Assembly: GCF_001194135.2 (NCBI RefSeq)
Contig: NC_068988.1
Location: 47,051,578-47,115,577, forward strand
Source of the DNA: Octopus bimaculoides
Lineage: Eukaryota
DNA length: 64,000 nucleotides
Direction of reading: 5' to 3'
The notes under the pieces are model-generated. The model made no database searches and was not told the DNA's origin. It saw only the letters and a list, made by a program, of their open reading frames with translations. Shown here in pieces: positions 37,447 to 50,787 of this stretch. The stretch's first letter is position 1; each line of letters begins with the position of its first letter. The position numbers and the translations under genes were made by a program.

Positions 37447-37778
37447 AATTCTTTAATAGAATAACGAAGTGATTCATATATTACTGTTTCAAAACTAAAT
37501 AAGTATAGTATTAACTAAAGTGGACATAATATCCTGAAGATATTAGCCAGCCTTGAATTCCACTTGAGAAATTTGTACTAAGATATTGGATCTCAGATTC
37601 ATAGCAAAATAGCAAAAGAGAGTCTGCGACATCAGTTTTTCAGATGAATTCTATTAAAATAATTATATGTGATTAGTTATGAGTATCTATGAAGGAATGC
37701 AATTGTACGAAGTAAATTGGTGTGCTCACGTGTATATTATATGTGTGTCTACTTCAGTGGGTGCTTGTACAGCTGTCA

Positions 37779-38326
37779 CTCTTCTTTTATTCTTTTGCTT
37801 GTTTCAGTCATTTGACTGTGGCCATGCTGGAACACCGGCTTTATTTGAAAAAATTGACACTAGGACTTATTCTTAGTAAGCCTAGTACTTATTCTATCGG
37901 TCTCTTTTTGCTCCACTGCTAAGCGAAGGGGACACAGACATACCAATATCGGTTGTCAAGCGATGATGGAGGGACAAACAAACACAAATACCAACTACAT
38001 ACATACATACATATATATTTATACACACAAACACATATGCATATAAATACATACATATACATACATACATACATACATATACATACATACATATATGCAT
38101 ACACACACACAAACACACCCACCCACACACACGCACACCCATACACCCCCCCACACACATATATATATATGATGGGTGTCTTTCAGTTTCCGTCTACCAA
38201 ATTCATTCACAAGTCTTTGGTCAGCCTGAGGTTATATAGAAGACACTTGCTCAAGGTGTCACGCAGTGGAACTGAACCTGGAACCATGTGGTTGGGAAGC
38301 AAGCTTCTTACCACACAGTCACTCCT
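37779..38326 (-). mobile_element. Full-length SINE family B with internal microsatellite
   Basis: Head 38175-38326, (CATA)n/(CA)n interior, tail gtttcagtcatttgactgtggccatgctgg; colinear with 56966-57358. Confidence 0.85.
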
Positions 38327-38409
38327 GGATCTATATATATATATATACACACATATACATATGCATGTCTGCATGTGTATTTGTATCTTTGCCGATATGC
38401 TACGATATA

Positions 38410-38907
38410 TCATCTTCATCATTTAGCATCCTCTTTCCATGCTGGCATGTGTTGGATGGTTTGATATGGTACCAGCTAGCAGGGCGCTGTCCAGACCCCA
38501 ATTATGTTGTGGCATGGTTTCTATGGCTGGATGCCCTTCTTAACATCAACCACCTAACATAGTGTGTTGGGTGCTTTTAACATGCCACTGGCGCTGGTGT
38601 ATATATGCAGCACTGGCATGGATGTGTTAACACAGCACTGTCACAGATGCCTTTTAAGTGGCACCAGCACCTGAACGACAAGCCTATATGTGTGGAAGAC
38701 AATGATTTTACTTTGCATAACACATCTTATCAAGCACTGCAAATTGCCACATCCCCCAGTCCCTTGTTATTTCTTTAGTGTGGCCCAATGTCTGAAGATT
38801 CATTCTCACCACTTCATACCACATCTTTGTGGGTTTACCCCTTCCACAGGTTCCCCCCACAGTTAGTGTTTGGCACTTCTTTATGCAGCTGTCCTCTTCC
38901 ATACGCA
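38410..38907 (-). mobile_element. RTE LINE 3' end
   Basis: MEEDSCIKKCQTLTVGGTCGRGKPTKMWYEVV; (CAT)n tail. Confidence 0.85.
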
Positions 38908-39003
38908 TATGTATATACACATGTATACACACACCCACACACACTCATACAACCATAAACATGCCCACATCCATGCATTCATACATCTTGCATATATATG
39001 TAT

Positions 39004-39386
39004 GTTGTTGGCACTCCGTCGCTTACGACTTCGAAGGTTCTAGTTGATCCGATCAAAGGAACAGCCTGCTCGTGAAATTAATGTGCAAGTGGCTGAGCAC
39101 TCCACTAACACGTGTACTCTTAACGTAGTTCTTGGGAATATTCAGCGTGACACAGTGTGACAAGGCTGGCCCTTTGAATTACAGGCACAACAGAAACAGG
39201 AAGTAAGAGTGAGAGGGAGTTGTGGTGAAAGAGTACAGCAGGGTTCGCCACCATCCCCTGCTGGAGCCTCGTGGGGCTTTAGGTGTTTTCGCTCAATAAA
39301 CACTCACAACGCCTGGTCTGGGAATCGAAACCACGATCCTATGACCGCGAGTCTGCTGCCCTAACCACTGGGCCATTGTGCCTCCA
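39004..39386 (-). mobile_element. Full-length tRNA-headed SINE family C, head H1 + tail T1
   Basis: Reverse complement starts ggaggcacaatggcccagtggttagg, B-box ggtttcgattccc, and ends gacggagtgccaacaac. Confidence 0.88.
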
Positions 39387-40196
39387 CTATATGTATGTAT
39401 ACACACACACATACACACACTCACACACTAACCAGCCTTACTTCTGCCACACACAGACGTTTAGACACATTAGCTTCTTGTCCAGCCGTGCAATGAAAGA
39501 ACAAATAGATTCCTCTTTCTAAAGGAAATGCTATTGATGAGCAACTGATCCTACTCTAACAATACTACATGACCCTCCTTGATCAACCGCAGCCTATTTT
39601 CTAGTAGCCTTCTTGGATTTTCTGTATTTCTTGTTTTGGAAATCTAAAGAAATGGAGTGTGAATCTAAAGAATGGTCTGCATGAAAGAAATGGTCTGCGA
39701 AACTTTAAGTTGCATGGAGCCAAACCAAACTGTTTTAAAATTTACACACACACACACGCATACATACACACACATGCATACGCACACATTATTAAAGTAA
39801 TAAAGTTAATGTCTGGCTATAGAGTGACCAATGGGTTTGCATTCCCAAAAGTTGTAGCTTGGCAGATGACACATCAGGCTCTATTCCAAAGACAAATTTA
39901 ACTCTTAACCTCTGGTCTAGAGGAAATAACCCATCTTCACTATTGCTGGACTATTTTTTCTTTGATAACCAAATGATCGTTGATTGTAGCAAAACTTCTA
40001 CCTCCCAGAGGTGAAAAATTAAATTTGTCTTTTGACTAGAGTCTGATGAGTAGTTCACGAGGCTGCAACCATCATGGATGTAAAACCACTGGTCATTCTA
40101 TTACCAGACATTAACTTTATTACCTTAATACTTCACTGTTTTATACTTTGGACTGTGCTTGTATTTTGGATATATGATACATCGATGACACATATT

Positions 40197-40228
<32 letters not shown>

Positions 40229-40332
40229 CATGTATGTGTGTACCAGATTTTGATAATATACTGATAGCTGAATTAGTATTTGAAGTAGAAAACTTTAGCA
40301 ATATTTATAGATGAGAAGAGAACATACGCATC

Positions 40333-41300
40333 CTTAAATTGTTTTGGAGTCTGAAATTGCATAAGATACCATACAAAAGTAGATTTATAGCTTGTGCAAG
40401 AAAGATTATTAACAGTTAATTTGCTATGTTGTTTAGTGATGTATTTGCAATGCAATATACCAAAATACCGATATAAATCTTGAGTAAGCTCAAAGGCATA
40501 AAGGAAATTAAGAGAATGCATATGTATAATTTCCCTGTGCTGTATACGAATTTAGATTTAAAATTGTTGGAAGATGAGATACATAAAGTCGTGGATTTAG
40601 CATTTGGAGAGAAATTTAAATATACAATGATTAAAAGTGGTGAAGGTTTTCTCTCTAAATTAAGATATAATTGATATACAAGTTGGATAGAGAATAATCT
40701 GGAAAGGGTAATTACATTTGTGATTAATTATGCATGGTTTTAGTTTGCAGGTAGAGTGCTTAAACAAGTTAAAGGAGTCTATATGGATTGTAACTGTAGT
40801 CCTCTGATAGCTAACAAATCTCATCATGTGAATTTAATTTCCTTAATTATTTATGCAAACAAACAAAAAAATAAATAAATATATAAAATATAGGTTTAAT
40901 TAAGCAGCTGCATGGATGTTGTAGGTACATAGATTATATTATTGTTTTTAATTACAGAATTAAAAAAAAAAAAATTTACTACATGAAATTTATGTTAATG
41001 ATTTGGAAGCAAACAGAAGCACTTCAGAATTATTTAGATGTTACTATAAAAAAAAAAAAAAAATAGAACAGTAAAAAGACATGCAGTAACTAATGTTTAT
41101 AATAGTCATAACAGAAATGATGGTCTAAATTTTTAAGTGGTACCAATATCTTAATGCATCCAACTGCACTCTAGATGTTTTGAGTAACAACATTTTTTCC
41201 AGTCAGATAAGATATGGTGGAATAGATAATTGATTTGATTTGTTTGTAGATAAAGTAATCATCTGAAGGAATGAATAATCAGGCAATGGTACGATAATAA
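40333..41300 (+). mobile_element. Decayed Penelope-like reverse transcriptase
   Basis: Colinear motifs LFWSLKLHKIPYKSRFIA, YNFPVLYTNL, KQVKGVYMDCNCSPLIAN, RYIDYIIVFN, NYLDVTI and FSSQIRY match PLE RT 'LYW.PKLHK.P...RFI / DF..LYT / QxxGIPMG.NCAPL.A / RYIDD / YLDL / SQLIRY'. Confidence 0.75.
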
Positions 41301-41569
41301 ATTGCTAATTAAACACTTTAACAGTATCGTAGGTATTCACAGTAAATAATATTTTGAAGAAAGTTTGGAGTTATTTCAAGCCTGCAATTGAGTTACAAAT
41401 AGACATTTGAGAAGAATGACTAATAAACTGAATTAGGATATTGTAGAAAAAAACCTATTTAGCAGGGCTAGAATTAGATATTTATCTATATTGTTCTACA
41501 TATTCCAGAATAGTGGGAGATATATCATGGAGACGGTAGAGAAATTAGAAGGGTTATATTTTCTTTAGT

Positions 41570-41801
41570 GGAGGCACATGGCTTAATAGTTAAGATTGTG
41601 GCTTCAATTCCCAAACCAGGTGACATATTGCGATCTTAAGCAAACACTTCATCTCACATTGCTTCAATCCACTCAGTTGGCAAAAATGAGTAATCCTGCG
41701 ATGGACTTGCGTCCCATCCAGTAGGGGAATATATTTACCATGGAAGCCAGGAAACTGGCCCTATGCGTCAGTGTGACTCAGGAAGGATCTACGTTTCCTT
41801 T
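41570..41801 (+). mobile_element. SINE family C, head H2 + tail T2 (decayed)
   Basis: ggaggcacatggc...cacttcatctcacattgcttcaatccactcagttggcaaaaatgagt, then cctgcgatggacttgcgtcccatccag. Confidence 0.7.
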
Positions 41802-43973
41802 AGTATTTATTTGCTAAGTATTATAAAAACTCTCCACACATGGTGAATTAGATGCAGTTTTGTCTTTATTGTAGAAATCTTTCTTCCTTCCTCATTTCTC
41901 TATTTCACTCACTTTCTCCGGCTGATATGTGTTCTCTCTTTCTAGTGATGTTGGTAGACTGCATAGCTTTCTCACATAAGCAAAGGTGGAAACTTTTAGA
42001 TGACGAACAATGAATTCCTATGTATAAATATATATATATTTATATAAATATGTCCAACTTGCACAGAGTACAAATGACAAGGGTGAGCTGTTTCTGGGGG
42101 TTCGGCAATCAATAATAATGTTGGTAGATTTAGTCCATTACAAAATGCGGCTACATGGATGTATTTAACATAGGATGAGACGAGCCTCCTTCATTAGGGT
42201 AGAGAAGATCTCATATCTTAATGGTATAAATACTTGTATATTGAATAAGCTTATCTTCATATACCGCCGTTCAGGGAGTGAAAACAATGAAACAATCAAA
42301 ATGCGAATATCGCAATTTGTGGATGACTTGCAGTGCAAAGAGATTTGCTACAGATCCAAGTTTACTGACAAAAAAATTTGAGATCAGCATACAAGAATGA
42401 AATATAATAATGATGTGAATGAATGCTTAGCAATTATAGTACCATTGTTCTACGTGCGAAGGGATTCAGTAACAGCGCTCAATAAAGGAGTGCATATCAG
42501 ATTTAGAATTATAATTGTCCATTAAATTTTTTTTGGAAATTGATCTGAACTGGTTTATTGATTTAAACTATATATGGTTAGTGATTCAGTTTCTAAGGAT
42601 TATACTAGGTTTGCTGAAAATCCTTTCAAGTTAACATGTAATCAATACAAATATTATTTCAGATATCCTGACAGATTTTTGACACAAATTTATCAAAGTA
42701 CATCTGCTCTTTAAAACATAACAATATCAGAATCTATAAAATCATTCTGAAGATATTAAAACATGCCAAATCGTTTGATCTTTGTATTTTGAAAAAAAAA
42801 GAAATAAAAATTTGTTCTATAGGAATTCACCCGTTCAGTGCTAAAGTACTTTTGTCGCCATAAATCGAGATTTTTGCTGAAATATTTTAAAATGCCTAAC
42901 GGCTAAATACTGAATGGCTGCTTCTCATGCTACAAATCACGATGTTTTTGTTGTTAACTTGCGTCGCATATTCAGCGGATTTTATTTCATGCATAAATAT
43001 AAGATCAGTTGATTCAGTTTTTTATTGCATGAAGGTCAGTAAAATGTGAAACTCAAAGTCATAATTCGTGGAGTTTCATTTTAATATAAAAACAAAATTA
43101 AATATTGATGGTGTTCCAGCATAGCTACAGTACTCTAGCTGGAGCAAATAAAAGAATAAGAAAGTAAAAGAACACACACGTACGTACACACGTAAAATAA
43201 TAAAATCGGTTGTCTGGTTTAGTATTTGGTGTCTGACGCGATTTTAGTTAAATCAATCCGTTTTGATAATGTAATGTTTCGAGTAATATTCTCTGATACA
43301 CAAGTCTTTTTCCTAGAAATACTTTTCAATCAATTTCTCGGCCCTGGAACACTGAAAATCGAAAAATGTTGCTTATTCAAACACAGAAAAATATCTTTTA
43401 ACCATTCATAAAAGGCGGATAGTTCAAGCTGGATATGGAAATGGAAGAAAGAGCAAATGCCAAGCGATATTTTGACAATTCAGTTTCATACGGAATCTAT
43501 AGTGAGAAATATTGATGAAATAGGAGCGGGTATATATTCAACAAAAATATAAATGTTTATGACAGAGAGAAAAAAAACATACATATATAAACATAGGCAT
43601 ATACACATACACACATACGTATATGTCTAAACACACACACACACACAATGATTTTTCACTCAGAACAATAAAATCTGCGAATGACAGAAAAGGGAAATTA
43701 GTTCTCCACAACTGATAAGGTAAAAAATAAATCAGAAAAACGAATTGAGTAATTCGAATGAAATCATCTATTACGTAAAATGAAATTGACTCAGTCATTG
43801 CAAACATAACATCTATATATATGTTCATACGCACACACAACCACGCGCGCGCGCACACACATATATATAGCGAGAACTGCTTTTTGTATGTGTCTCCATT
43901 TTCTTCTTGAAGTGTCTCTCTGACTGATGCTATTATTAAGGCACTGATTTTTGGACTTGTAAAATAAACCGAA

Positions 43974-44679
43974 ACGGTGTTCGTGAAAATAATAAAAATA
44001 TAAAAACTGTTTGAGGTAAAATTCCGAAGGAGGAGAGAGGGAAAAACTGATTACTGCGGGAGGAAACGTCTTGTGGTGCAGGAGAAAAAACAAGTATAAT
44101 ATACCTAAATATCGAATGATAGTTCGCTTCACTAATAAGGATATTATTTGTCAGATAGTGTATGCTCGTATTGAGGGAGATATGATTGTGCCTTCGGCCT
44201 ACTCTCATGAGTTCCCTAGATATGGCATCAAGGTAGGGCTGACCATCTATGCCGCTGCATATTGCACAGGACTTCTTCTTGCCAGAAGAATATTGAAAAC
44301 GTTCAATTTGGACACCATCTATGATGGTTATACTGATGTAAGTGGAGAAGAGTATAATGTTGAGAACATTGAAGGGAAACCTAGAGCCTTCCTTGCATTT
44401 CTTGATGTTGAACTCAGCCTTACTACAACTGGTGCAAGAGTCCTTGGAGCAATAAAAGGTCCTGTTGATGATGGTGTGGAGAAACTTCACAATGTTAATC
44501 GCTTCCCAGGTTATGATGCTGAAAGTGAAGAATTTAAAGCTGAAGTACATAGGGATAATATTTTTGGCAAACATGTTGCAAATTATAGGTCTACACTTCA
44601 AGAAAAAGATGTAAAAACATACAAAAAGCAGTTCCTGCGTTATATTAAACTAGGCAGAACACCTGAATTAATTGGAAAG

Positions 44680-44682
<3 letters not shown>
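43974..44682 (+). pseudogene. RPL5: Processed pseudogene of 60S ribosomal protein L5 (uL18), 3'-truncated
   Basis: Intronless; [58 protein letters not shown]...[14 protein letters not shown]...TTTGARV.GA.KG...RFPGYD. Start codon is ACG, frameshifts near 44000 and 44087, and it ends in (TA)n about 55-60 codons before the expected C-terminus. Confidence 0.93.
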
Positions 44683-44725
<43 letters not shown>

Positions 44726-44939
44726 GTATGTATTTATATACACATATACACAAGCAATATTATAATTAATACGGTAAAACAATTAAAGCTGGCAAAATAT
44801 ATACCTAATTCAAGATACACACACACACGTATGTAATTCATGAATGTAAATATGTAGGTATTATGTGTGTATGTATCTATCGATACATACATACATACAT
44901 GCATATATACATACATACATACATACATACATACAAGCG

Positions 44940-44977
<38 letters not shown>

Positions 44978-46279
44978 TAGCGAGATAGCTATACAAGTAT
45001 ACAAAGAAAGGGGGAGTGTGATACAGGTATCTTATTTTTATTTTCTCATTTTTTCCAAGAAGCTTCAAATATATGATCATATTTTTCTTTATTTTCGGGA
45101 CGATTCTTGTTTTGAAAATGAAATATATTTAATACCCAAGAATGGTTATGAAGCAATGAGAAAAAAAATCTTTGAATTTTTATTTTTTATTTTTCTTCAC
45201 ACTATTTTTTTTCTTCTTGTTTTCTTGATATTTCTCTCGTTCACTAATGGAAAGACTAAGGTCTGAAACGTTAAGATACTTAATAATACTGTTATAGTGT
45301 TAGGTTGATATCCCGTTTGTTAAATCTTGTTCATGAGTTATCCATTTTAATTGTGCATTATATTTGCACTATATATATATATATTTGTGCGTGTTTACGT
45401 ATGTAGATTGATCAATGAATATGTTTATACATAATTTTTTTAATCGAAAGAAAACTGTAGAAAAGTGTCTAAATTGTTATTTAGATTAGAGCTACATTCG
45501 CTTGCGAAGACAAGAAACTGGGTTCAGCCTTCGATAGCTGCGTAACTAACAAATGGTTACCTAGTAGATTTTTGACTAAATAAAGAGCTGTACCAATTAA
45601 CATAATGGCTTACAAAGATTCCTCAGTTGGTTAAGAAAGCTTAAAAATCAATATAAAGTGTCTGTCTTGTACACATTTAATGTTTTTAAAAAATTCGTTT
45701 TTAAAGCTAAATCAAAAAATATTACATGGTTCTGAAAATTTTGACTAAAAAATATACATATGCTCTAAAATGAAAGAATACACAAATTGTTATTAACAAG
45801 CTTTCAATTTTAACGAAACACATCTTTAATATATAGTACAAAGGAATTTTTCTTGAAACTTCGTTTTTTAATGCTATTTCTGCTTACTTAAACAGATGTG
45901 TAATAATGAAATTTTGACGTAAACAAGAAAAAGTGCATTTTTTTTAATGAATCCAAGGAATAATAATAATAATAGGAACATAGCCACAGTAAAATGCCAT
46001 CGGAAATCTTCAATAAACGATTGATTTGAAGATTTTATTTTTGTTTCAAATGTTTTATTAGGGACATTAAGTAAAACGTGGTTTCTTCATATATGTGTAA
46101 TACTATTTTTATAGATTGTATTAGCGTTCATTGCTGAGCATGAGGTATGTGGACCGCACAGAGCAGTCATTTTATATACAAATGAATTCCTAATACGGAA
46201 GGTATGTTACATTTGAGGTAGGAGCAGTAGCCAACTTGGCTGCCGCACAGGGCGGTCAAGGCCCACGCAACATCTGTGT

Positions 46280-46530
46280 TGTTATTGCATGTCTTTGATG
46301 AAGACACTTTATCTCACTTTGCTCCTGTCACTTCAACTGGCAAAAATAGTTGTACCTGTATTTCAAAGGGTCAGCCCTGTAACATTCTGTGTCACCTTGA
46401 ATTTCCTTGAGAACTGCGTTAAGAGTATGCATGTCTATGATGTGCTCAGTTACTTGCTTATTAAGTTAATTTCACGAACGGGCTGTTCTGTTGATCGGAT
46501 CAACTGGAACCCTCGTCGTCATAACCAACG
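46280..46530 (+). mobile_element. SINE family C, head H2 + tail T1 (5'-truncated)
   Basis: gacactttatctcactttgctcc..ggcaaaaatag, then ttgtacctgtatttcaaaggg...gatcggatcaactggaaccctcgtcgtc. Confidence 0.8.
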
Positions 46531-48383
46531 GGGTAATAATATGACAGTCAAAAGTGTACGTGGTCAGGCCCTAGGACCTCTGTGCCAACATTCTAGGACA
46601 GAAAATGTGCTTGCAAGCGAGAAACACTGAGACGGAGAGATGACACAAAAGACAAACGGGGTATTTAGTGTAGTGCACGGTTGCAGCACGAGCTCGCAGT
46701 ATATAGCAAGGTGTGGTGGTTGTGTCTGAGGCCCTCGCACGTCAACTATTAGGAATCGCAAACTCATTTATTTACATATGCAATTTCTGTGTTACTGATA
46801 TTCTTTTGCCAGCCAAAATTATTATGCTTACTCTTCTACATTTCCATGCAATTTCTTTAGCACTTTCGATTATTTTTAAAATATGAAATTTGTGCAACAA
46901 AATAAATTACAAGGAAACATTCTCAGCACTTAAAAGAAAGAAAAAAAATTATTTGCTTCTTTTAATAATTAAATTAGCTGGTGCTAAGCAATCTTTGAAT
47001 TTAGTCTAAAATAAAGTTTCAACGAAAACATCGAAGAAAGACTTGCCACATTTCAAATGATTGAAAAAAAATATCTTTTCATAACTTGAATTAATAAGCG
47101 GTGAGAAAAAAGAATCATCAACAGCGATTTAACAGATATATTGAAGTTTTACTTCAAGTTTTATGTTTTGTAAATACACTTAAGAAATTTATCCCCTCTT
47201 CTTGTTTGCAGAATTGTTCGTTTAGTCCAGGTGTGTAAAACAAATTGTATTATGTCATCATATTAAAGATGTTGATGTATTTGCATACATGCACACAACT
47301 ACACATGGAGTCTGCTCTCAGTAAATCAGTAAACCATTTTCATGGAACAAGTGAGTTTTATGTGAATGCATGGGTGAAACAAAATATAGTTTACTGTTCC
47401 CTTAAGGTATGATCAACAAAGGAGTACTCCACTCAGTGAGAGATGAATATTTTGCAAATAGAACAAACCATCCCAGAGCCAGAAATTGGTCGTAGACACA
47501 AGGCAGTTATAAAAATTTCCTTAAACATGTATCTCAATGGCAAGTAACTATTAGTAGCTCTTATTTTAATATAGTGTACATTAATGCTATTCTATAAAGG
47601 TTTCCTATCTTGTCGTTGAAAGCTCAAAATGGGGAGTAATTAACAGTCGACAACTGAGGAGGAGTTAGAATTCTTTTGGTATTTTATTCCGTACTTGAAT
47701 ATCATTAAGTGTTTACGTATTTTTCACTTGTTGATGATGTCCTGCACTTGATGTATGTATATATATATATATATATATCCCACCCTCTTATTAGATTATA
47801 TTGTTAAGACCCTTTATCATCTAGAGCTCATTAGTAACGTTATGTAACTTTCTTTCGTCAAATGTGTCTTGGAGCATAAATATGTCATTAGCTTATCCCC
47901 TTACCGCCTGGATTATCGTTTCAACTAGGACATGCGATATTATAACATTTGTTGGGCCTGCTGCCGAGGTTCTTTGCCTCCTTCCGTTATTTTCCTCCTT
48001 CTTAGTCGCTGATTTCCTTTCGTTCTGCGACTCAAGTATTTAAATTATAACTATCTCCTCCGATTCATTAGTTTTACTAACTTATTAAATGATTGTTTTC
48101 TTACTATTTTAGTGTACAACCTGGTCATATTATTAAGTCTTTAATTCCAATTAATTGTGTATACACTGTTTGTTTATGACAGAAATGGAATGTTCATGAA
48201 ATGAAGCAGGTTCAGGAATAGTTGTATAAAATGAAACCGGTTGATTATATTCTATAAACATCCCGTTTTTATCATGAATTATCATAAAAATTTCAATGCA
48301 CTTTCTACTCTAAATTCTTTCTCTTATCTTAACGCCCTCTTTCTGTCTGTGTCTCTGTGTATCCGTCTGTTTCCCTCCCTTTC

Positions 48384-48458
<75 letters not shown>

Positions 48459-50139
48459 GTATGTGTAACGTAATGTCTGATTATTACTCGTGGGAGAATG
48501 GGGACTGAATGTGTAAACAACGTATAGATAATCTTTTAATAGCTTAACTTGCTATAACAGTCACTGAAGTTCTTACAGATCTATGACAATCGCTTGTCAA
48601 ACTAACATGTGACTTGTAAATGAATCTCTAGGCCCTTAAATCACTCCTGTGTGTGTGTGTGTATGTGTGTGTGTGTGTGTGTACATACATACATACATAC
48701 ATACATACATACATACATAAATAGAGAAAGAGAGAGGATATCTTTTTATCAGCTATGATTGCCCTGAGTTCTCCAACTGTTTACAAAAGCAAACTTACCT
48801 ATATGTACGCATGTGTATGCGTGTATATTTGTATGCATATATGTATGTATGTACTTGTATGTATATACATACATACATACATATGTGACATTTTGAACAA
48901 AAAGAATAGTAAAAAATACGACAAAAAAATGTTTTAGAACAGTAAATATAAAGTTAGGTATTAAAGATAATTTACCGATATTCTCTTAATCGCATTTTGA
49001 TCATTTTATCATGCACGATTTTGCTCACTTTATCTCCCTACTCTTCCTTTCTCTCCAAAACTACACACAAGCAATCACCCTCTCTCTCCCTCACTCTCAC
49101 TCACAGATACACTTCCCTTCTCTTTCTTTCTCTTTTATCATCTGTTAATCTATTTTAGTTCCATCTGTTCTGTTTTTCTCTCTGACATATTTCAGTCTCT
49201 ATCGATCTTAATGAATCACTTACACATTTCTTTTCTTTTTTTTTTTTTTTATTAGTCTCTAAAATTTACTATCTCTCTCTCGAATTCAACATTCCACTCC
49301 ATTAAAGTCGCTATCTATTAAATTTAATGGCTCAAATTCCTTCTTCTCTACTTGTACTTCTGTATATCACCCTCTCGTTTGCTATCTCTTTCTGTTACTC
49401 TCTTCTCCATCTTTGGCTCTGAGTTTTTCTTCTTTTCTCTTATATCCTGTCGATCACAAACTCTCTCCCCATTATAGCTTTGTGCTGCGTGCGTGTTCTT
49501 TTCTCTCTCCTTGTTTAGCTAATCTCTTATTCTCTGTTTCTTTCCGTCTATATATCTCTTGTTCTCTTTTACTGTCTTTCCTACTTGTTGCTCGTCTCTC
49601 TATAAGTCCCCGGATTTTCCTCTCTATAACTCTCCTACTTGCATCCCCCTCACTGGTTCTCTTACTACTTTCCATCTCTAACGTCGCCAACAGTCAGACG
49701 AAGACAAGATGCAACAGGTTTCTTAAATCCGAGACACTTGATTCCAGAACTTTTTATCATTCTTCTTGTAATACTGCCTTCAGACTTTAAACGCTTAAAT
49801 TGCCTGCGACACATACGCGCGCGCTCACGCTCACAAATACTCACACGCATACACGCGCGCGTACGCACATACACATACAAATACACAAACACACACACAC
49901 GAGGAGCAATCCGAGCATGGATTAGTTGAAGAGATGCACATAGTTTCAGGATGTTGCATAATCTACTTAGAAGATAGATTGAACTTTAAGTAATTTTTGG
50001 TTTTTCTGGCAGAAAGAGAGTAGTTTCGAAGAGTTCACCAAATTCTTCATTGTGGAGAGATTTCTGGATTTTGAACAGATATATGTTAAATGATTTTCAT
50101 TCAAAATCATCCTCTGTCGCCATCTATTTCTTTGTTTTC

Positions 50140-50290
50140 TTTTCTTTCTCCCCCTCTTTCTTTCTCCCCTCTTTCTTTCTTTCCCTCTTTCTTTCTTTCT
50201 TTCTTTCTTTCTTTATTTCTTTCTCTCCATCTTTCTTTTTTCTTTCCTTATTTTCCCTCCCGCTTTCTTTCTTTCATCCTTTTCCTCTCC

Positions 50291-50326
<36 letters not shown>

Positions 50327-50360
50327 TTTCTCCCTCTTTTTTCTTTCTTTCTTTCTTTAT
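50140..50360. repeat. (CTTT)n pyrimidine-rich low-complexity tract
   Basis: Directly visible. Confidence 0.9.
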
Positions 50361-50412
50361 TTCACATAGACACATACACACACGCACTCATTCATAGACA
50401 ATATATGTGCAT

Positions 50413-50787
50413 AACCATGTGATCTTCGGTTCAATCTCACTGTGAAGCACCAGGAGCAAATGTTTTACTATAGCCCAAGGCCGACTAAAGCCTTGGTTGT
50501 TGATTTGATCGACAAAAACTGAAAGAAGCTGTCGTATGGATGTATCTATGCGCGCGTATCTTTGTGTTTGTATTGTCTTTTCCCCTACCACCGCTGAGCA
50601 ACCAGTGTTGGTTTGTCTACATTCCTGTAACTTACTGGTTCGGCAAGAAAAGATAACGCTAGAATAAGTATCAAGCAGGAAAAAATAAATAAGCAGTGGG
50701 GAAAATTTGTTTAACTCAACACAGGAAGACAGTACCCCAGCATGGAGGCATTCTTATGGCTGAAACAAGTGAAAAACGCATAAGATA
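50413..50787 (+). mobile_element. Older SINE family B copy
   Basis: ggccgactaaagccttg...ctgaaagaagctgtcgta...ccccagcatgg..ggctgaaacaagt. Confidence 0.7.

Noticed and set aside
47200-47560. Plus-strand acceptor and donor motifs suggesting small exons (also 55370-55475 and 55850-55970)
   Set aside because: Only short frames with no recognisable protein; such motifs arise by chance in AT-rich DNA.
50023-50052. Minus-strand CAATGA-AGAATT tggtg AACTCTTC-GAAAC hammerhead-like motif (similar weak cases at 3608, 22921 and 49694)
   Set aside because: Core or stem deviations are too large for AT-rich DNA to call individually.
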